Positions 25,461 to 35,663 of a DNA stretch of 64,000 nt are shown here, piece by piece. The stretch is taken from the IMG/VR virus record IMGVR_UViG_3300025875_000012, positions 4,647 through 68,646 of that record; one strand, 5' to 3'. How positions within the stretch are numbered: position 1 is the stretch's first letter; the number at the start of each line of letters is the position of its first letter. Below the pieces are notes generated by a model. It was not told the DNA's origin and made no database searches. It was given only the letters and a program-made list of their open reading frames with translations. A program made the position numbers and the translations under genes. The DNA comes from a virus (lineage: Duplodnaviria; Caudoviricetes).

Positions 25461-25846
25461 GCATCCGCAACGGCGTCACCGTCCGCGGGACGACCAACGA
25501 GAACGCGCGGGGCAACAGCCGCGACCGCGCCGCCCGGCGCGCGTGGCTGGTGCAGACCTACCGGGCCGACGTCGACGTGCTGCTGTTCACCAACGAACAG
25601 GACGTCCCGACCCTGACCGATGGTCGCCCCGAAGTGGTCGCGGCTATCGCGGCCCGGGTCCCAGGTCCCGTGTCGGGGTGGCTGATGGCCTGTCGGTGCT
25701 ACCGGTGCGGGTCGCTGCTCACCGAGGAGACCTTGACCGTGGACCGGATCATCCCTGGCTGCAAGGGCGGCACCTACCGTCGGTCCAACATCCGGCCGGC
25801 GTGCGGGGGCTGCAACTCCTCGACCGGCGGGCGGGTCCGCTCGTGA
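25457..25846 (+). CDS. HNH endonuclease
   Basis: CYRC...VDRIIPGCKGGTYRRSNIRPACGGCN. Confidence 0.8.
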   Translation: MSIRNGVTVRGTTNENARGNSRDRAARRAWLVQTYRADVDVLLFTNEQDVPTLTDGRPEVVAAIAARVPGPVSGWLMACRCYRCGSLLTEETLTVDRIIPGCKGGTYRRSNIRPACGGCNSSTGGRVRS

Positions 25847-26070
25847 GGGGCCTGGTGCTCGCCGGCGTGGCCGGCGCGGCGCTGGGCGCCGCGGCCGTGG
25901 TGCTTGTGCAGCGCGGTCGGCGAGTGTACGTTAGTAAGCGAGAGAAATGGTCAGAGTCTCAGCGACCGACGCCGGTGGCCACGCCGCACGTCGTCCGGAC
26001 CGTCGGGACCCCGACCAGCACCGCCACCCTTCGCACCTACCGCGTCCAACCCAGGAAGAGGCCAGCATGA
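25843..26070 (+). CDS. Hypothetical membrane-anchored protein
   Basis: GTGA overlap; N-terminal hydrophobic stretch. Confidence 0.45.
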   Translation: MRGLVLAGVAGAALGAAAVVLVQRGRRVYVSKREKWSESQRPTPVATPHVVRTVGTPTSTATLRTYRVQPRKRPA

Positions 26071-26399
26071 GCACATGGACCCCCGAACGCGTCGGCGGGA
26101 CCCGCGAGTTCGTCCAGCTGCAAGAGCAGATCGACGAGATGCGCCAGGTCGTCGACCGCGCCCTCGGACTGCTCAAGGACCAGATCGAGACCACCCTGGC
26201 CGACGTGCCCGACCGGGTCTCCCGCCTGGAGCAGATCATCGAGCCGCTCCGGCTGACCGCTGACGACGTCGCCACCGGCGTCGAGGTCCGGATGCGCGAG
26301 ACCGACGGCCGGTGGCGGCCCATCGCCGCCGCCGACATCGCCGGCGCGATCCTGGCCGGCAAGCGCGTCGTCAAGATGGTCCCCCAGGTGATCGCGTGA
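26067..26399 (+). CDS. Hypothetical protein
   Basis: ATGA overlap, GGAAGAGG RBS. Confidence 0.65.
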   Translation: MSTWTPERVGGTREFVQLQEQIDEMRQVVDRALGLLKDQIETTLADVPDRVSRLEQIIEPLRLTADDVATGVEVRMRETDGRWRPIAAADIAGAILAGKRVVKMVPQVIA

Positions 26400-26686
26400 T
26401 CCGCCGGGCGATCGACTACGCGCACCTGGTCGGGAAGTACGTTCGCCTGGAGCGCCCGGCGAACGAGAAGGAGATCGAACGCGCCAAGCGCGTCGGCGTC
26501 GACCAGGACACCGTTGGCGGCGAGGGTTTCGTGGCCGGCGTCTGGGACAGCCCGCATGGCCTGGAATCGGCGGTCGAGGTGATGATGGACTACGGGATGG
26601 GAGTGACCATCCGAGCGTCTGAGCAGGACGCCTGGCGCATCTTCGTCACCGACGGCATGGAGACCATGAGGGTGGTCGGCCGATGA
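26396..26686 (+). CDS. Hypothetical protein
   Basis: GTGA overlap; 96 aa. Confidence 0.55.
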   Translation: MIRRAIDYAHLVGKYVRLERPANEKEIERAKRVGVDQDTVGGEGFVAGVWDSPHGLESAVEVMMDYGMGVTIRASEQDAWRIFVTDGMETMRVVGR

Positions 26687-27135
26687 CCGGCACCTACGCC
26701 GCCACGACGTCGGTCTCGGTCGACAGCAGCATCCAGGAGATCCGGCGCACGATCCGGCGGTACAAGGCCGACCGGTTCGCTTACGCCGAGTCGACGACGT
26801 CGGCCACGGTCGGCTTCGAGGCCTCGGGCCGCAAGGTGCGCTTCGACCTGCCGCTCCCCGACCGGGCGAAGTTCAGGGTGACCCCGGCCGGCCGGGCCCG
26901 GACGTCGGCCGGCGCCATCGACGAGGCCCACGAGCAGGCCTGCCGGCAGGTCTGGCGGGCCCTGGCCCTGGTCATCAAGGCCAAGCTGGAGGCTGTCGAG
27001 GCCGGCATCGTCACCTTCGAGCAGGAGTTCGGGATGCACATGGTGCTGCCCGACGGCCGCACGGTGGCCGAGACCGTGATCCCCGCCATCACCACCGCCT
27101 ACAACACCGGCGGCCCCCTGGAGCTGACGGCGTGA
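26683..27135 (+). CDS. Conserved phage hypothetical protein
   Basis: YAATTSVSVDSSIQEI...QACRQVWRALALVIKAKLEAVEAGIVTFEQEF. Confidence 0.75.
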   Translation: MTGTYAATTSVSVDSSIQEIRRTIRRYKADRFAYAESTTSATVGFEASGRKVRFDLPLPDRAKFRVTPAGRARTSAGAIDEAHEQACRQVWRALALVIKAKLEAVEAGIVTFEQEFGMHMVLPDGRTVAETVIPAITTAYNTGGPLELTA

Positions 27136-27419
27136 GGATCCCGAAGTGCCCGGGCTGCACCAACGCGCTGCCCTCGGGCGAGCTCTGCTGTGCTGCCTGC
27201 TGGCATTCGGTTCCCACGAGCATCCCGGGGCTGCCCCGGGTCCGCTCCTCGTTGAAGACCATGCGCAACCTGCGCCGCTGGGCCCAGCTGGAAGACGCGC
27301 ACGACACGCTGCGCGCCTGGCTGGCCGAGCACCCCATCGACCGGACTCTCCCGGTCATCGCCGAGGGGTCCGGAGACCACCCGGCCAATCCCGCCTACCG
27401 CACAGGGACGTCCCGATGA
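27132..27419 (+). CDS. Zinc-finger hypothetical protein
   Basis: CPGC...CCAACW. Confidence 0.6.
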   Translation: MRIPKCPGCTNALPSGELCCAACWHSVPTSIPGLPRVRSSLKTMRNLRRWAQLEDAHDTLRAWLAEHPIDRTLPVIAEGSGDHPANPAYRTGTSR

Positions 27420-28750
27420 TCGACACCAAGACCGGCCGCATCAGCCGCGGCCCCGGCGAGCCGCCGCGCTTCATGTTCAAGGACCAGCCCGTCCCGCACA
27501 AGCATGTCCTGCGGGCGGCCTGGCTGCAGCAGCAGACCGGCTACGAGTGCGACCCCCGGACCGTGTTCCTCACCGAGCGGCTGCGCTCGGACTGGTTCCG
27601 CGAGCGGCCGGCGGCGTTCAAGGCCCACGACAGCTACTCCAAGCGCCGGGCCGTCCAGGGCCCGATGGAGATGCGGACCTCCGAGCGCAACACCTTCGCC
27701 ACCTGCCACTACCAGTGGTGGTGGCGCTACGTCGAGTGGCTCACCCCGAAGCGGCCGGCCACCCCGCTCTGGTTCGGCTCCGCGGTACACGTCGCCCTGG
27801 CCGACTACTACCTCCCCGGGCTGGCCCGCGGCCCGCACCCGGCCGAGACCTTTGCCCGGGTCCTGGACGGCGATCGCAAGACCTGGGTGGTGGGGGAGCA
27901 GGGCGAGGAGGACGAGCTCACCTTCACCGACGCCCGGGCCCTGGGCATCGACATGCTGAACCGCTACGTCGAGCACTACGGTGCCGACCCGCGCTACTAC
28001 GTCCTGGCCACCGAGCAGACCTTCGAGCTGCAGTTCAAGCGCGACGGCAAGGTCTTTCTGCGGTACCACCTGACGATGGACGGGCTGATCCGGGACATGG
28101 AGACGGGCCAGATCAAGATCCTCGAGCACAAGACCGCCCGGGACTTCGGCCTGCTCAAGCGGCTGCGGCTGGACAACCAGGCCGGCTCCTACTACGCCGC
28201 GGCCCCCCACGTCCTGCCGCTGGCCGACTTGATCAAGCCCGGGGAGCGGGTGTCGGGCATCGAGTACAACGTGCTGCGCAAGGCCCTCGGCGACGACCGG
28301 CCGCGCAACAGCGCCGGCGCCTACACCAACAAGCCCGAGAAGAAGCACTACCTGGAGGCGCTGGCCACCGTCGGCATCAACCCCAGCGCCAGCACCAAGC
28401 TCGACGTGCTGGAGGAGGCCGCTCGGCACGAGGGCTTGACCGTGCTGGGCGACGTGAGCAAGAGCCAGCCCTCGCCCTACTTCCACCGGGAGCCGGTCTT
28501 CCGGACCCCGGACGAGCAGACCCAGCAGCTGCAGCGCATCCAGGACGAGGCGAAGTACATGGAGGGGATGCGCTCGGGCGACCCGGCTTACCCCATCCTC
28601 AAGACCCCGGGCGACCACTGCGCCTGGTGCCCGTTCAAGCAGATGTGCGAGCTGCACGAGTCGGGCGACGACGACGCCGTCGAGTCCTTCAAGAGCGCCA
28701 TCATGCAGGTCGAGGACCCCCACCTCGCCTACCACGGGAAGGCCGCCTGA
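27416..28750 (+). CDS. Cas4/RecB-like PD-(D/E)XK exonuclease
   Basis: RTSERNTFATC, MDGLI...ILEHKT, and C-terminal HCAWCPFKQMC (Fe-S Cys cluster). Confidence 0.85.
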   Translation: MIDTKTGRISRGPGEPPRFMFKDQPVPHKHVLRAAWLQQQTGYECDPRTVFLTERLRSDWFRERPAAFKAHDSYSKRRAVQGPMEMRTSERNTFATCHYQWWWRYVEWLTPKRPATPLWFGSAVHVALADYYLPGLARGPHPAETFARVLDGDRKTWVVGEQGEEDELTFTDARALGIDMLNRYVEHYGADPRYYVLATEQTFELQFKRDGKVFLRYHLTMDGLIRDMETGQIKILEHKTARDFGLLKRLRLDNQAGSYYAAAPHVLPLADLIKPGERVSGIEYNVLRKALGDDRPRNSAGAYTNKPEKKHYLEALATVGINPSASTKLDVLEEAARHEGLTVLGDVSKSQPSPYFHREPVFRTPDEQTQQLQRIQDEAKYMEGMRSGDPAYPILKTPGDHCAWCPFKQMCELHESGDDDAVESFKSAIMQVEDPHLAYHGKAA

Positions 28751-28815
28751 CCCTGACGAAAACTGTCGGACACTTACGCTAGGCTGAACGCCTACCTACC
28801 CAGGAAGGGGCCCAG

Positions 28816-29637
28816 ATGCCCAGACCCGAGATCCACGACCTGAGGATGCCGAAGCGGCTCCGGATGGCCATGGTCGCCCCGAGCGGCTTCGGCAAGACCG
28901 TCTTCGCTGGCACCGCGCCCGACGCGCTGTTCCTGACCACCGACCCCGAGGGCACCGCGTCCGCCGCGGCGTTCGGCTCGAAGGCCAGAGAGATCGAGAT
29001 CAGCAACGAGGACCAGCTGATCGACGCCTACAACTACCTCGAGCAGGGCGGCATCGACGAGCTCGGCCTGCAGTTCGTCATCGTCGACAACCTCACCGAG
29101 GTCCAGGCCATCTTCATGGCCCGGGCCATGGAGATCGCCGTCCGCGAGGGCGCCAAGAAGGGGGTCGAGCGCAGCAAGTACGTCCCCGACCAGCACCAGT
29201 ACCTGACCGAGCAGAACGCCACCGTCGACTTCGTCAAGAAGATGTGCTCGCTGCCCGTGCACCTGATCTTCACCGTGCACCGCAAGGGCATGGAAGACGG
29301 CGACGGCAACGACTTCTTCTCAGCCGCGATCCGGGGCAAGCAGGGCGAGATCGCCCAGATGGTCCTGGGCTACATGAACGTGATCGGGATGGGCGAGGTG
29401 ATGACCATCGAGGGCAAGGGCGAGGTCCGCCGCACCTACTTCGACCACGTCCGCCAGTTCCGCGGCAAGGACCGCTTCGTGAAGCTCGGCAAGTACCGCG
29501 ACGGGCTCACCGTCCCGGCCATGATGGCCGAGCTCTACCCCAACGGCGTCGGCTCGGCCTCGGTGCCGGCCACGACCAGCACGGCCACGACCAGCGTCGA
29601 GGCCGCTCCCAAGCGCCGCCGGCGCGTCACCTCCTGA
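28816..29637 (+). CDS. AAA ATPase (Sak4/RecA-like single-strand annealing protein)
   Basis: APSGFGKT, TDPEGT, IVDNLTE; adjacent to the exonuclease. Confidence 0.8.
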   Translation: MPRPEIHDLRMPKRLRMAMVAPSGFGKTVFAGTAPDALFLTTDPEGTASAAAFGSKAREIEISNEDQLIDAYNYLEQGGIDELGLQFVIVDNLTEVQAIFMARAMEIAVREGAKKGVERSKYVPDQHQYLTEQNATVDFVKKMCSLPVHLIFTVHRKGMEDGDGNDFFSAAIRGKQGEIAQMVLGYMNVIGMGEVMTIEGKGEVRRTYFDHVRQFRGKDRFVKLGKYRDGLTVPAMMAELYPNGVGSASVPATTSTATTSVEAAPKRRRRVTS

Positions 29638-29824
29638 CCACCAGGGCCTGGACAGCCAGGTAAGAACGAGAGAGTGCGCGCCGGGCTGGCTGGGCGCGAA
29701 CGACTGATCGTCTCTCTCGTCGCCTAGGGCGACCCGGGCTGGGACCTCCAATCCACGCAAGGCCCGGGCCGCCCGACCTCCACCCTCTGACCACCCAGCA
29801 CCACCCAACCCAGGAAGGGGCATC

Positions 29825-30739
29825 ATGCCCAAGCTCGTTCGCAAGACCTCCCACGTCGAGGCCCGCAAGCCGTTCGGCGTCTACGACGGCCCCGAGCCGG
29901 AGCCGGGCAACTACCTCGGCGTCGTCAAGTCGGTCGCTCTCCGGACCTTCGACACCGGCACCCAGGCGATCAACGTCCTGGTCGAGCTCGAGGCCCCGGC
30001 CGACAGCCCGAAGGCGAAGTACAACGGCTACCCGGCCTGGACCAAGCTCTTCCTCGGCGAGAACGAGCACCAGATCGCTCGGGAGAACGCCTTCTACCAG
30101 GCGGTGTCCGGCCGCTCCGACGTCGACGTGGTCTTCGACGACAAGAGCGACAAGAAGGACTCCCCGATCACCAAGATCGGCGGGACCAGCCCGGTCGGCA
30201 AGAAGGTCCGCGTCCAGATCCAGCTCGGGGACGAGTACAAGGGCCGCCGCCAGCTGGAGGGCGACTCGATCTTCCCGGCCCTGGAGGGGGCCCCGACCGC
30301 GACCACGGTCCAGGGCGACCCGGACGCCGGCAGCGACCCGGACGAGGCCGCGGTGGAGATCACCGGGGCGGGCCAGCCGAGCACCGACAAGGCCGCGGCG
30401 AACCCCGACCACGACGGCCAGCAGGGTCAGCCGCCGGCGGACGACGTCGACTACCACGCCCTGGCGCTGCCGGCGCTGCGGACCTACGCGGCCGGCCGGG
30501 GCATCGACGCCAAGCAGCCGAAGAAGGCGCTGCTGGCAGCCCTGGACGCCCTCTCCGAGGGCGGCGACGAGGCCGGCGCCCCGACCAAGCCGAAGACCGC
30601 GGTCGAGGCCGAGAAGCTCACCGCCGAGCAGCTGCTCGCGTTCTTCAAGGACGAGTACGAGGAGGGCGACCTCGACGGCCTGGGCAAGGACGAGCTGATC
30701 GAGGAGTTCACGAGCGCGGAGCTCATCACCGCGTTCTGA
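29825..30739 (+). CDS. ssDNA-binding-like protein (OB fold) with SAP/HeH-like C-terminal helices
   Basis: YDGPEPEPGNYLGVV...KYNGYPAW; DYHALALPALRTYAAGRGI; acidic tail. Confidence 0.6.
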   Translation: MPKLVRKTSHVEARKPFGVYDGPEPEPGNYLGVVKSVALRTFDTGTQAINVLVELEAPADSPKAKYNGYPAWTKLFLGENEHQIARENAFYQAVSGRSDVDVVFDDKSDKKDSPITKIGGTSPVGKKVRVQIQLGDEYKGRRQLEGDSIFPALEGAPTATTVQGDPDAGSDPDEAAVEITGAGQPSTDKAAANPDHDGQQGQPPADDVDYHALALPALRTYAAGRGIDAKQPKKALLAALDALSEGGDEAGAPTKPKTAVEAEKLTAEQLLAFFKDEYEEGDLDGLGKDELIEEFTSAELITAF

Positions 30740-30745
30740 CCGACC

Positions 30746-30781
30746 GGGGCCCGCTGCCGTTGGGGGACGGCGGCGGGCCCC
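30746..30781 (+). terminator. Hairpin terminator
   Basis: 15-bp stem ggggcccgctgccgt/acggcggcgggcccc followed by ttctcct. Confidence 0.65.
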
Positions 30782-30808
30782 TTCTCCTCCCACCAGATCG
30801 GAGCACCC

Positions 30809-31012
30809 ATGGCAGGCAAGCGCTACACCTACCCCGAGGCCGCCGTCTACACCGGCGTCAGCGAGCGGTCCCTCCGGGCGGCCTACAGCAAGGGCCTGAT
30901 CAAGGGCTCCCACGTCGGGCGTCAGCGAGAGTTCACCCAGGACCAGCTGGACGCCTACCTCGAGAAGCTCTGCCAGACCCCGGACCCGCGGCTCAAGAGC
31001 AGCCGCTCGTGA
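30809..31012 (+). CDS. Excisionase-like HTH DNA-binding protein
   Basis: YTYPEAAVYTGVSERSLRAAYSKGLIKGSHVGRQREF (HTH_17-like). Confidence 0.75.
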   Translation: MAGKRYTYPEAAVYTGVSERSLRAAYSKGLIKGSHVGRQREFTQDQLDAYLEKLCQTPDPRLKSSRS

Positions 31013-31788
31013 AGAAGGTCATGGTCATCGGCTCCGACCTCAACGCCCTGGTGGCCGGCCTCGCGGCCGCCGACAAGGGGGCCCTGCTGCTGTTCACCCC
31101 GGTCATGCCCGGGTCCCGGCAGGCCGAGCTGACGTGCAACCAGAACGAGATCGTGGCCGCCGGCATCCCGGCCCTGGACGCCCTGGCCCCGGCCCGCGCC
31201 ATCACCATCCGCCCGAGCGGCTCGCGGGAGGACTGGCCGGCCAAGGTCGGCAACCCCGCCAAGATCACCGAGCACTTCCCGCTCGAGGTGTCCACCTTCG
31301 CCGGCCACACCGGCAACGACCTGTTCAGCGCGCTGCTGCCGGTGCTGGGGCAGAGCGTCAACGGCTGGGACGCCGGCCGGGACTCGATCCGCCGGGTGGT
31401 CGACGCCTTGGCGCCCGACGCCATCATCAACACCGCCCCGCGCGCGCTGTTCTGCGAGCGCCTGGACGAGCACCTCTTCACCCGGCGGCCGGTCTGGTCC
31501 TCGGCCGACATCGGCCCCGCGGTGCCCGAGGGCGAGGTCTGGGTCAACGCCGAGGACGCGCCGGCCTGGTACACCACCTCGTGCTTCGACGGGCTGCGGA
31601 TCACCCGCTGGCTGGTCAAGCCCCCGTTCGAGTCGGTGCGGGAGGACTCCTTCCCGATCTCGACCAACTGCGACTGTGCGCCGGTGGAGATGGTCCACGC
31701 CGGCGCCGAGGCCGAGTGCAACCCGGCCCTGACCCTGGCCGACGTCTACTCCCGGGCCTCGGCCGCCCTGCTGTCCGAAGAGTCCTGA
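31009..31788 (+). CDS. Rossmann-fold/oxidoreductase-like protein (degenerate dinucleotide-binding loop)
   Basis: N-terminal KKVMVIGSDLNALVAGLAA beta-alpha unit lacking the GxGxxG glycines. Confidence 0.5.
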   Translation: MKKVMVIGSDLNALVAGLAAADKGALLLFTPVMPGSRQAELTCNQNEIVAAGIPALDALAPARAITIRPSGSREDWPAKVGNPAKITEHFPLEVSTFAGHTGNDLFSALLPVLGQSVNGWDAGRDSIRRVVDALAPDAIINTAPRALFCERLDEHLFTRRPVWSSADIGPAVPEGEVWVNAEDAPAWYTTSCFDGLRITRWLVKPPFESVREDSFPISTNCDCAPVEMVHAGAEAECNPALTLADVYSRASAALLSEES

Positions 31789-31812
31789 CCGCCCCCTACC
31801 CAGAGGACCCCC

Positions 31813-32043
31813 ATGACTCCCGAAGAGATTGACGTTCTGATCCAGGACCTCGAGCGCGCCAACCGGCTCGTCGTCGACACCGAACGCAAGGGGATGCTGA
31901 CGGTCGCTCTGCTGGTCCTGAGCGTCGGCGGCGAGATCCGCGTGCCCAAGAAGCTGATCGTCGAAGCGTCTCCCGCCCTGGTGCTCAACCGCTCCGACGA
32001 CCCCGTCACCGGCGAGGCCGTCTACACCGTGCGGGAGGAGTGA
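31813..32043 (+). CDS. Hypothetical protein
   Basis: GAGGA RBS; 76 aa. Confidence 0.6.
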   Translation: MTPEEIDVLIQDLERANRLVVDTERKGMLTVALLVLSVGGEIRVPKKLIVEASPALVLNRSDDPVTGEAVYTVREE

Positions 32044-35000
32044 TGGACTTCGTCTCGCTCCACACCCACAGCACCTTCTCCTACGGCGACGGCTTCGGGA
32101 TGCCCGAGGACCACATGGCCCGGGCCGCCGAGCTCGGCATCCCCGCGGTCGCCTTCACCGAGCACGGCAACATGTCCTCGGTGGTCAAGGCCGCCCAGGC
32201 CGGGGCCCGGCACGGGGTCAAGCCGATCTTCGGGCTGGAGGCCTACACCGGGCCGACCGACATGCGCGAGACCAAGAACCAGCGCAAGTGGCACCAGACG
32301 ATCCTGGCCGAGAACCAGGCCGGTTACGGCAACCTGATGCAGCTGGTCGCCCGGTCATGGTCGGAGGAGGGCTTCTACCGCTGGCCCACCGTGACCGCCA
32401 AGATGCTCGGCCAGCACGCCGAGGGCCTGATCGTCACCTCCGGCTGCGCGGACTCCCTGCTGGCCTGCACGCTGCTGGGCGGCAAGGGCATCGAGCGGGG
32501 GAGCGTCCAGGCCGCGGAGCGCGTGCTCAAGAGCTACCGGGCCATGTTCGGGGACCGGTACTACCTCGAGGTCCAGCGCTTCCCCCAGCTGCAGCGCGCG
32601 CACCACCTCAACGCCCAGTACGAGCGCTGGTCGCGCGAGTTCGGCATCCCCCTGGTGGCCACCGCCGACGTGCACTACCCCTTTCCGCGCGACAACGAGA
32701 TGCAGAAGGTGCTGCACGCCGCCAGCCGCAACACCGGGACGGTGGAGGCCGCCGAGGCCAGCTGGGAGTACGGCATCCTGCTGACCTACCCCGAGAGCGA
32801 CTTCGAGGTCTTCGAGCACCTGTGCGGGACCGGGCTCTCCAACACGGCCGCCCGCCAGGCCATCGACAACACCGGGCTGATCGCCGACCGCTGCAACGTC
32901 GAGCTGCCGGTCATGGACCGGCTGGTCTACCCCTTCGAGGCCGACGGCGCTCCGGACGAGATCACGCTGCTGCGGCGCTGGCTGAACGAGGGCTGGGCCT
33001 ACCGCGGGATGCGCGGCACCGAGGCCCGGCGCCGGGTCGAGTTCGAGCTGGACCAGATCGTGGCCAAGGGCTTCGTGTCCTACTTCCTGATGATCGCCGA
33101 CATCGTGCGCTGGGCGAAGCGCCAGGGGATCGCCGTCGGCCCGGGCCGCGGGTCGGGCGCCGCGTCGCTGGTGCTGTACCTGCTGCGCGTCAGCGAGGTC
33201 AACCCCATGGGCTTCCCGCTGATGCTGTTCGAGCGGTTCATCGCCCCCGACCGCGACGACCTGCCCGACGTCGACATCGACTTCGAGAGCGAGCGCCGCG
33301 ACGAGGTCCGCCAGTACGCCGTCGGCAAGTACGGGGTCGAGATGGTGGGCAACGTCGGCACCCTGACCTACTACCGGGGCAAGAACAGCGTGCAAACCGT
33401 CGGCCGGGTCTACGAGGTCCCCTTCACGGTGTGCAAGTCGGTCTCCGACATGATCGTGGACTCCGACGACGGCGACCAGGTGTCCAAGACCCGCGAGCTG
33501 TTCCCGGTCGTGGAGGAGGTCTTCCAGGAGTGGCCCCAGCTGGCGCTCGCGGAGCGCCTGGAGGGCAACGTCGTCGGCTTCGGGGTGCACGCCGCCGGCC
33601 TGGTGGTCGGCACCGAACCGCTGCACCGCTACACGACCACCTACGAGAAGCACGGGGTCGGCAAGAGCAAGAAGACCGTCCAGGTCCTCAGCGTCGACAA
33701 GTACGACGGAGAGACCCTGGGCCTGCTCAAGATCGACGCCCTGGGGCTCAAGACCATGAGCATCATCTCCACGGCTGCCCAGATGATCGGCATGACCATG
33801 GACGAGGTCTACCGGATCCCGCTCGACGACCCCGAGGTCATGGCCGGCTTCCGCGCCGGCGCGCTGGGCGGGGTGTTCCAGTTCGAGGGGTCGACGACCC
33901 ACGACATCTGCGTGGAGATCCAGCCCCGGGAGTTCATGGACCTGGCCCACATCACGTCACTGTCGCGCCCGGGCCCACTTCATGGTGGCTCGACGGCCGA
34001 CTTCATCCGGGCTCGGCACGGGGAGGGGCAGCGCGACGCCTACCCCGCCGCCATCGAGAGCGTCCTGGCCAGCACCGAGGGCGAGATCGTCTACCAGGAG
34101 CAGGTCATCATGCTGGCCCGCAGCGTCGGCGGCTTCGACGCCGCCGGCGCCTCCAAGGTCCGCTCCATCATCAGCAAGAAGAAGGGCCAGGCTGCCTTCG
34201 CCGAGCTCTACGACGAGTTCCTGGAGGGTGCGACAGAGCGCGGGGTCGAGGCAGAAGTGGCCGCCGCGGTCTGGCGCAAGATGGTCACCTCGGGCGCCTA
34301 CAGCTTCAACGTCGCTCACGCGGTCTCCTACTCGGTGCTCTCGGTCTGGTGCATGTGGTTCCGGGTGCACCACCCGCTGGCCTACTTCTACGGCCGGCTG
34401 ATGGCCAACGTGGACGCCTCGAAGGACCCCAAGACCAAGGTGCACCCCACCGAGACCATCCTCAAGGACATGGCGGCCACGACCGACATCAAGGTGCTGC
34501 CGCTCGACCCCGGGCTGTCCCGCACGGACTGGTCGGTGGAGGACGGCGCGCTGCGCCCGGGCTTCCGCCAGGTGCCGACCATCGGCGCCGACAAGGGCCA
34601 GGCCATCGAGGCCTGGCGAGCCCAGCAGGGCGAGTCCAAGAGCCTCGGCGGATTTCTGGTGGAGTGGGAGGACCTCACCGCGGTGTCGGGCGTCGGACCG
34701 ACCACGGTGGACAAGCTGCGCGAGTTCGCCGAGGACCCCGACCCGTTCGGCACCGGCCGGATCGGCCGGAACATCAAGGCCATCGTCGACTGGCTGCCCG
34801 AGTCCGGGGACGACAGCATGGTCGCCCCGACGAAGATGTCGACCGACATCCCCTACGCCGCCGGCGAGTGGGGCGGGGTGCTGCTGGGCCTGGTGCACGA
34901 GGTGCAGCACAAGGACCTCTACGAGAGCCACCGCAACCGCACCGGCAAGGTGCTCGACCCGGCCGACGTCAACGAGCCGCACCTCTCCCGCTCGGTCTCG

Positions 35001-35195
35001 CTCTACTGTGAGGACACGCGCGGCCGGTTCAAGGTCAACGTCTCGCGCTTTTCGATGCCGAAGTACGAGGCGGAGATCAACCGCATCACCCCGGGCCGGA
35101 CCTACGTGCTGGCCGCGGTTGGCAAGAGCCGGTTCCCGGGCAAGACCACCTTCTGCAACCAGATGTGGGCCATCGAGCCCGACGACGAGGAGTGA
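32040..35195 (+). CDS. dnaE: DNA polymerase III alpha subunit (DnaE-like, family C)
   Basis: PHP motifs HTHSTFS..DG, TEHG, ADVHY; GPGRGSGAAS; catalytic PDVDIDF; GVHAAG; KIDALGLKT; YSFNVAH. Confidence 0.95.
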   Translation: MMDFVSLHTHSTFSYGDGFGMPEDHMARAAELGIPAVAFTEHGNMSSVVKAAQAGARHGVKPIFGLEAYTGPTDMRETKNQRKWHQTILAENQAGYGNLMQLVARSWSEEGFYRWPTVTAKMLGQHAEGLIVTSGCADSLLACTLLGGKGIERGSVQAAERVLKSYRAMFGDRYYLEVQRFPQLQRAHHLNAQYERWSREFGIPLVATADVHYPFPRDNEMQKVLHAASRNTGTVEAAEASWEYGILLTYPESDFEVFEHLCGTGLSNTAARQAIDNTGLIADRCNVELPVMDRLVYPFEADGAPDEITLLRRWLNEGWAYRGMRGTEARRRVEFELDQIVAKGFVSYFLMIADIVRWAKRQGIAVGPGRGSGAASLVLYLLRVSEVNPMGFPLMLFERFIAPDRDDLPDVDIDFESERRDEVRQYAVGKYGVEMVGNVGTLTYYRGKNSVQTVGRVYEVPFTVCKSVSDMIVDSDDGDQVSKTRELFPVVEEVFQEWPQLALAERLEGNVVGFGVHAAGLVVGTEPLHRYTTTYEKHGVGKSKKTVQVLSVDKYDGETLGLLKIDALGLKTMSIISTAAQMIGMTMDEVYRIPLDDPEVMAGFRAGALGGVFQFEGSTTHDICVEIQPREFMDLAHITSLSRPGPLHGGSTADFIRARHGEGQRDAYPAAIESVLASTEGEIVYQEQVIMLARSVGGFDAAGASKVRSIISKKKGQAAFAELYDEFLEGATERGVEAEVAAAVWRKMVTSGAYSFNVAHAVSYSVLSVWCMWFRVHHPLAYFYGRLMANVDASKDPKTKVHPTETILKDMAATTDIKVLPLDPGLSRTDWSVEDGALRPGFRQVPTIGADKGQAIEAWRAQQGESKSLGGFLVEWEDLTAVSGVGPTTVDKLREFAEDPDPFGTGRIGRNIKAIVDWLPESGDDSMVAPTKMSTDIPYAAGEWGGVLLGLVHEVQHKDLYESHRNRTGKVLDPADVNEPHLSRSVSLYCEDTRGRFKVNVSRFSMPKYEAEINRITPGRTYVLAAVGKSRFPGKTTFCNQMWAIEPDDEE

Positions 35196-35196
35196 C

Positions 35197-35406
35197 ATGG
35201 AGAACACCCAGCGAGCGCTGGAGGTGATCGTCGAGAACGCCGTAGAGCGTCTGCTTGAGGAGGTCGACGAGAAGGCCCGCGGGCGCTTCACCGACAAGGA
35301 CATCCAGGGGGCGCTGGCCGACGTCGAGCTGCAGGACAGCTGGCAGGACTGGGTCGACGATGGCGAGGACCAGCGTCCGCCGGCCCACCCGACTCAGGAG
35401 GGCTGA
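35197..35406 (+). CDS. Hypothetical acidic protein
   Basis: ATG after GAGGAG. Confidence 0.55.
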   Translation: MENTQRALEVIVENAVERLLEEVDEKARGRFTDKDIQGALADVELQDSWQDWVDDGEDQRPPAHPTQEG

Positions 35407-35663
35407 TGCACCAGGACAAGATGGCCGCCCACTTCGGCCGGCGCCCCTACAACGCTGCGATGCGCCGCCGGCAGGTCCGGCGGGACCTACGGCACGCGGC
35501 CGAGCTGGGCCGGCTGCGCCGGCGCGAGCAGCGTGCCCGAGCGCGTGAGGGGCTGCGGGGTCCGTGGGAGAGGGCCAAGGCGTCGATGACGCGCTTCGTG
35601 TTGGTCATGCGGGGTGTCGCGCACCAGCACTACGTCCAGAGCGACTACACCGAGGCCCGCTGA
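35406..35663 (+). CDS. Hypothetical basic protein
   Basis: TGATG overlap; AGGAGG RBS. Confidence 0.55.
   Translation: MHQDKMAAHFGRRPYNAAMRRRQVRRDLRHAAELGRLRRREQRARAREGLRGPWERAKASMTRFVLVMRGVAHQHYVQSDYTEAR

Noticed and set aside
25457-25846. HNH gene as a mobile homing element
   Set aside because: Short, coupled by ATGA/GTGA overlaps and in host-like codon usage; common in actinophages
32040-35195. Intein or intron in dnaE (also checked in terL and the primase)
   Set aside because: Lengths are ordinary, with no C/S...HN-C/S/T splice motifs or LAGLIDADG blocks seen
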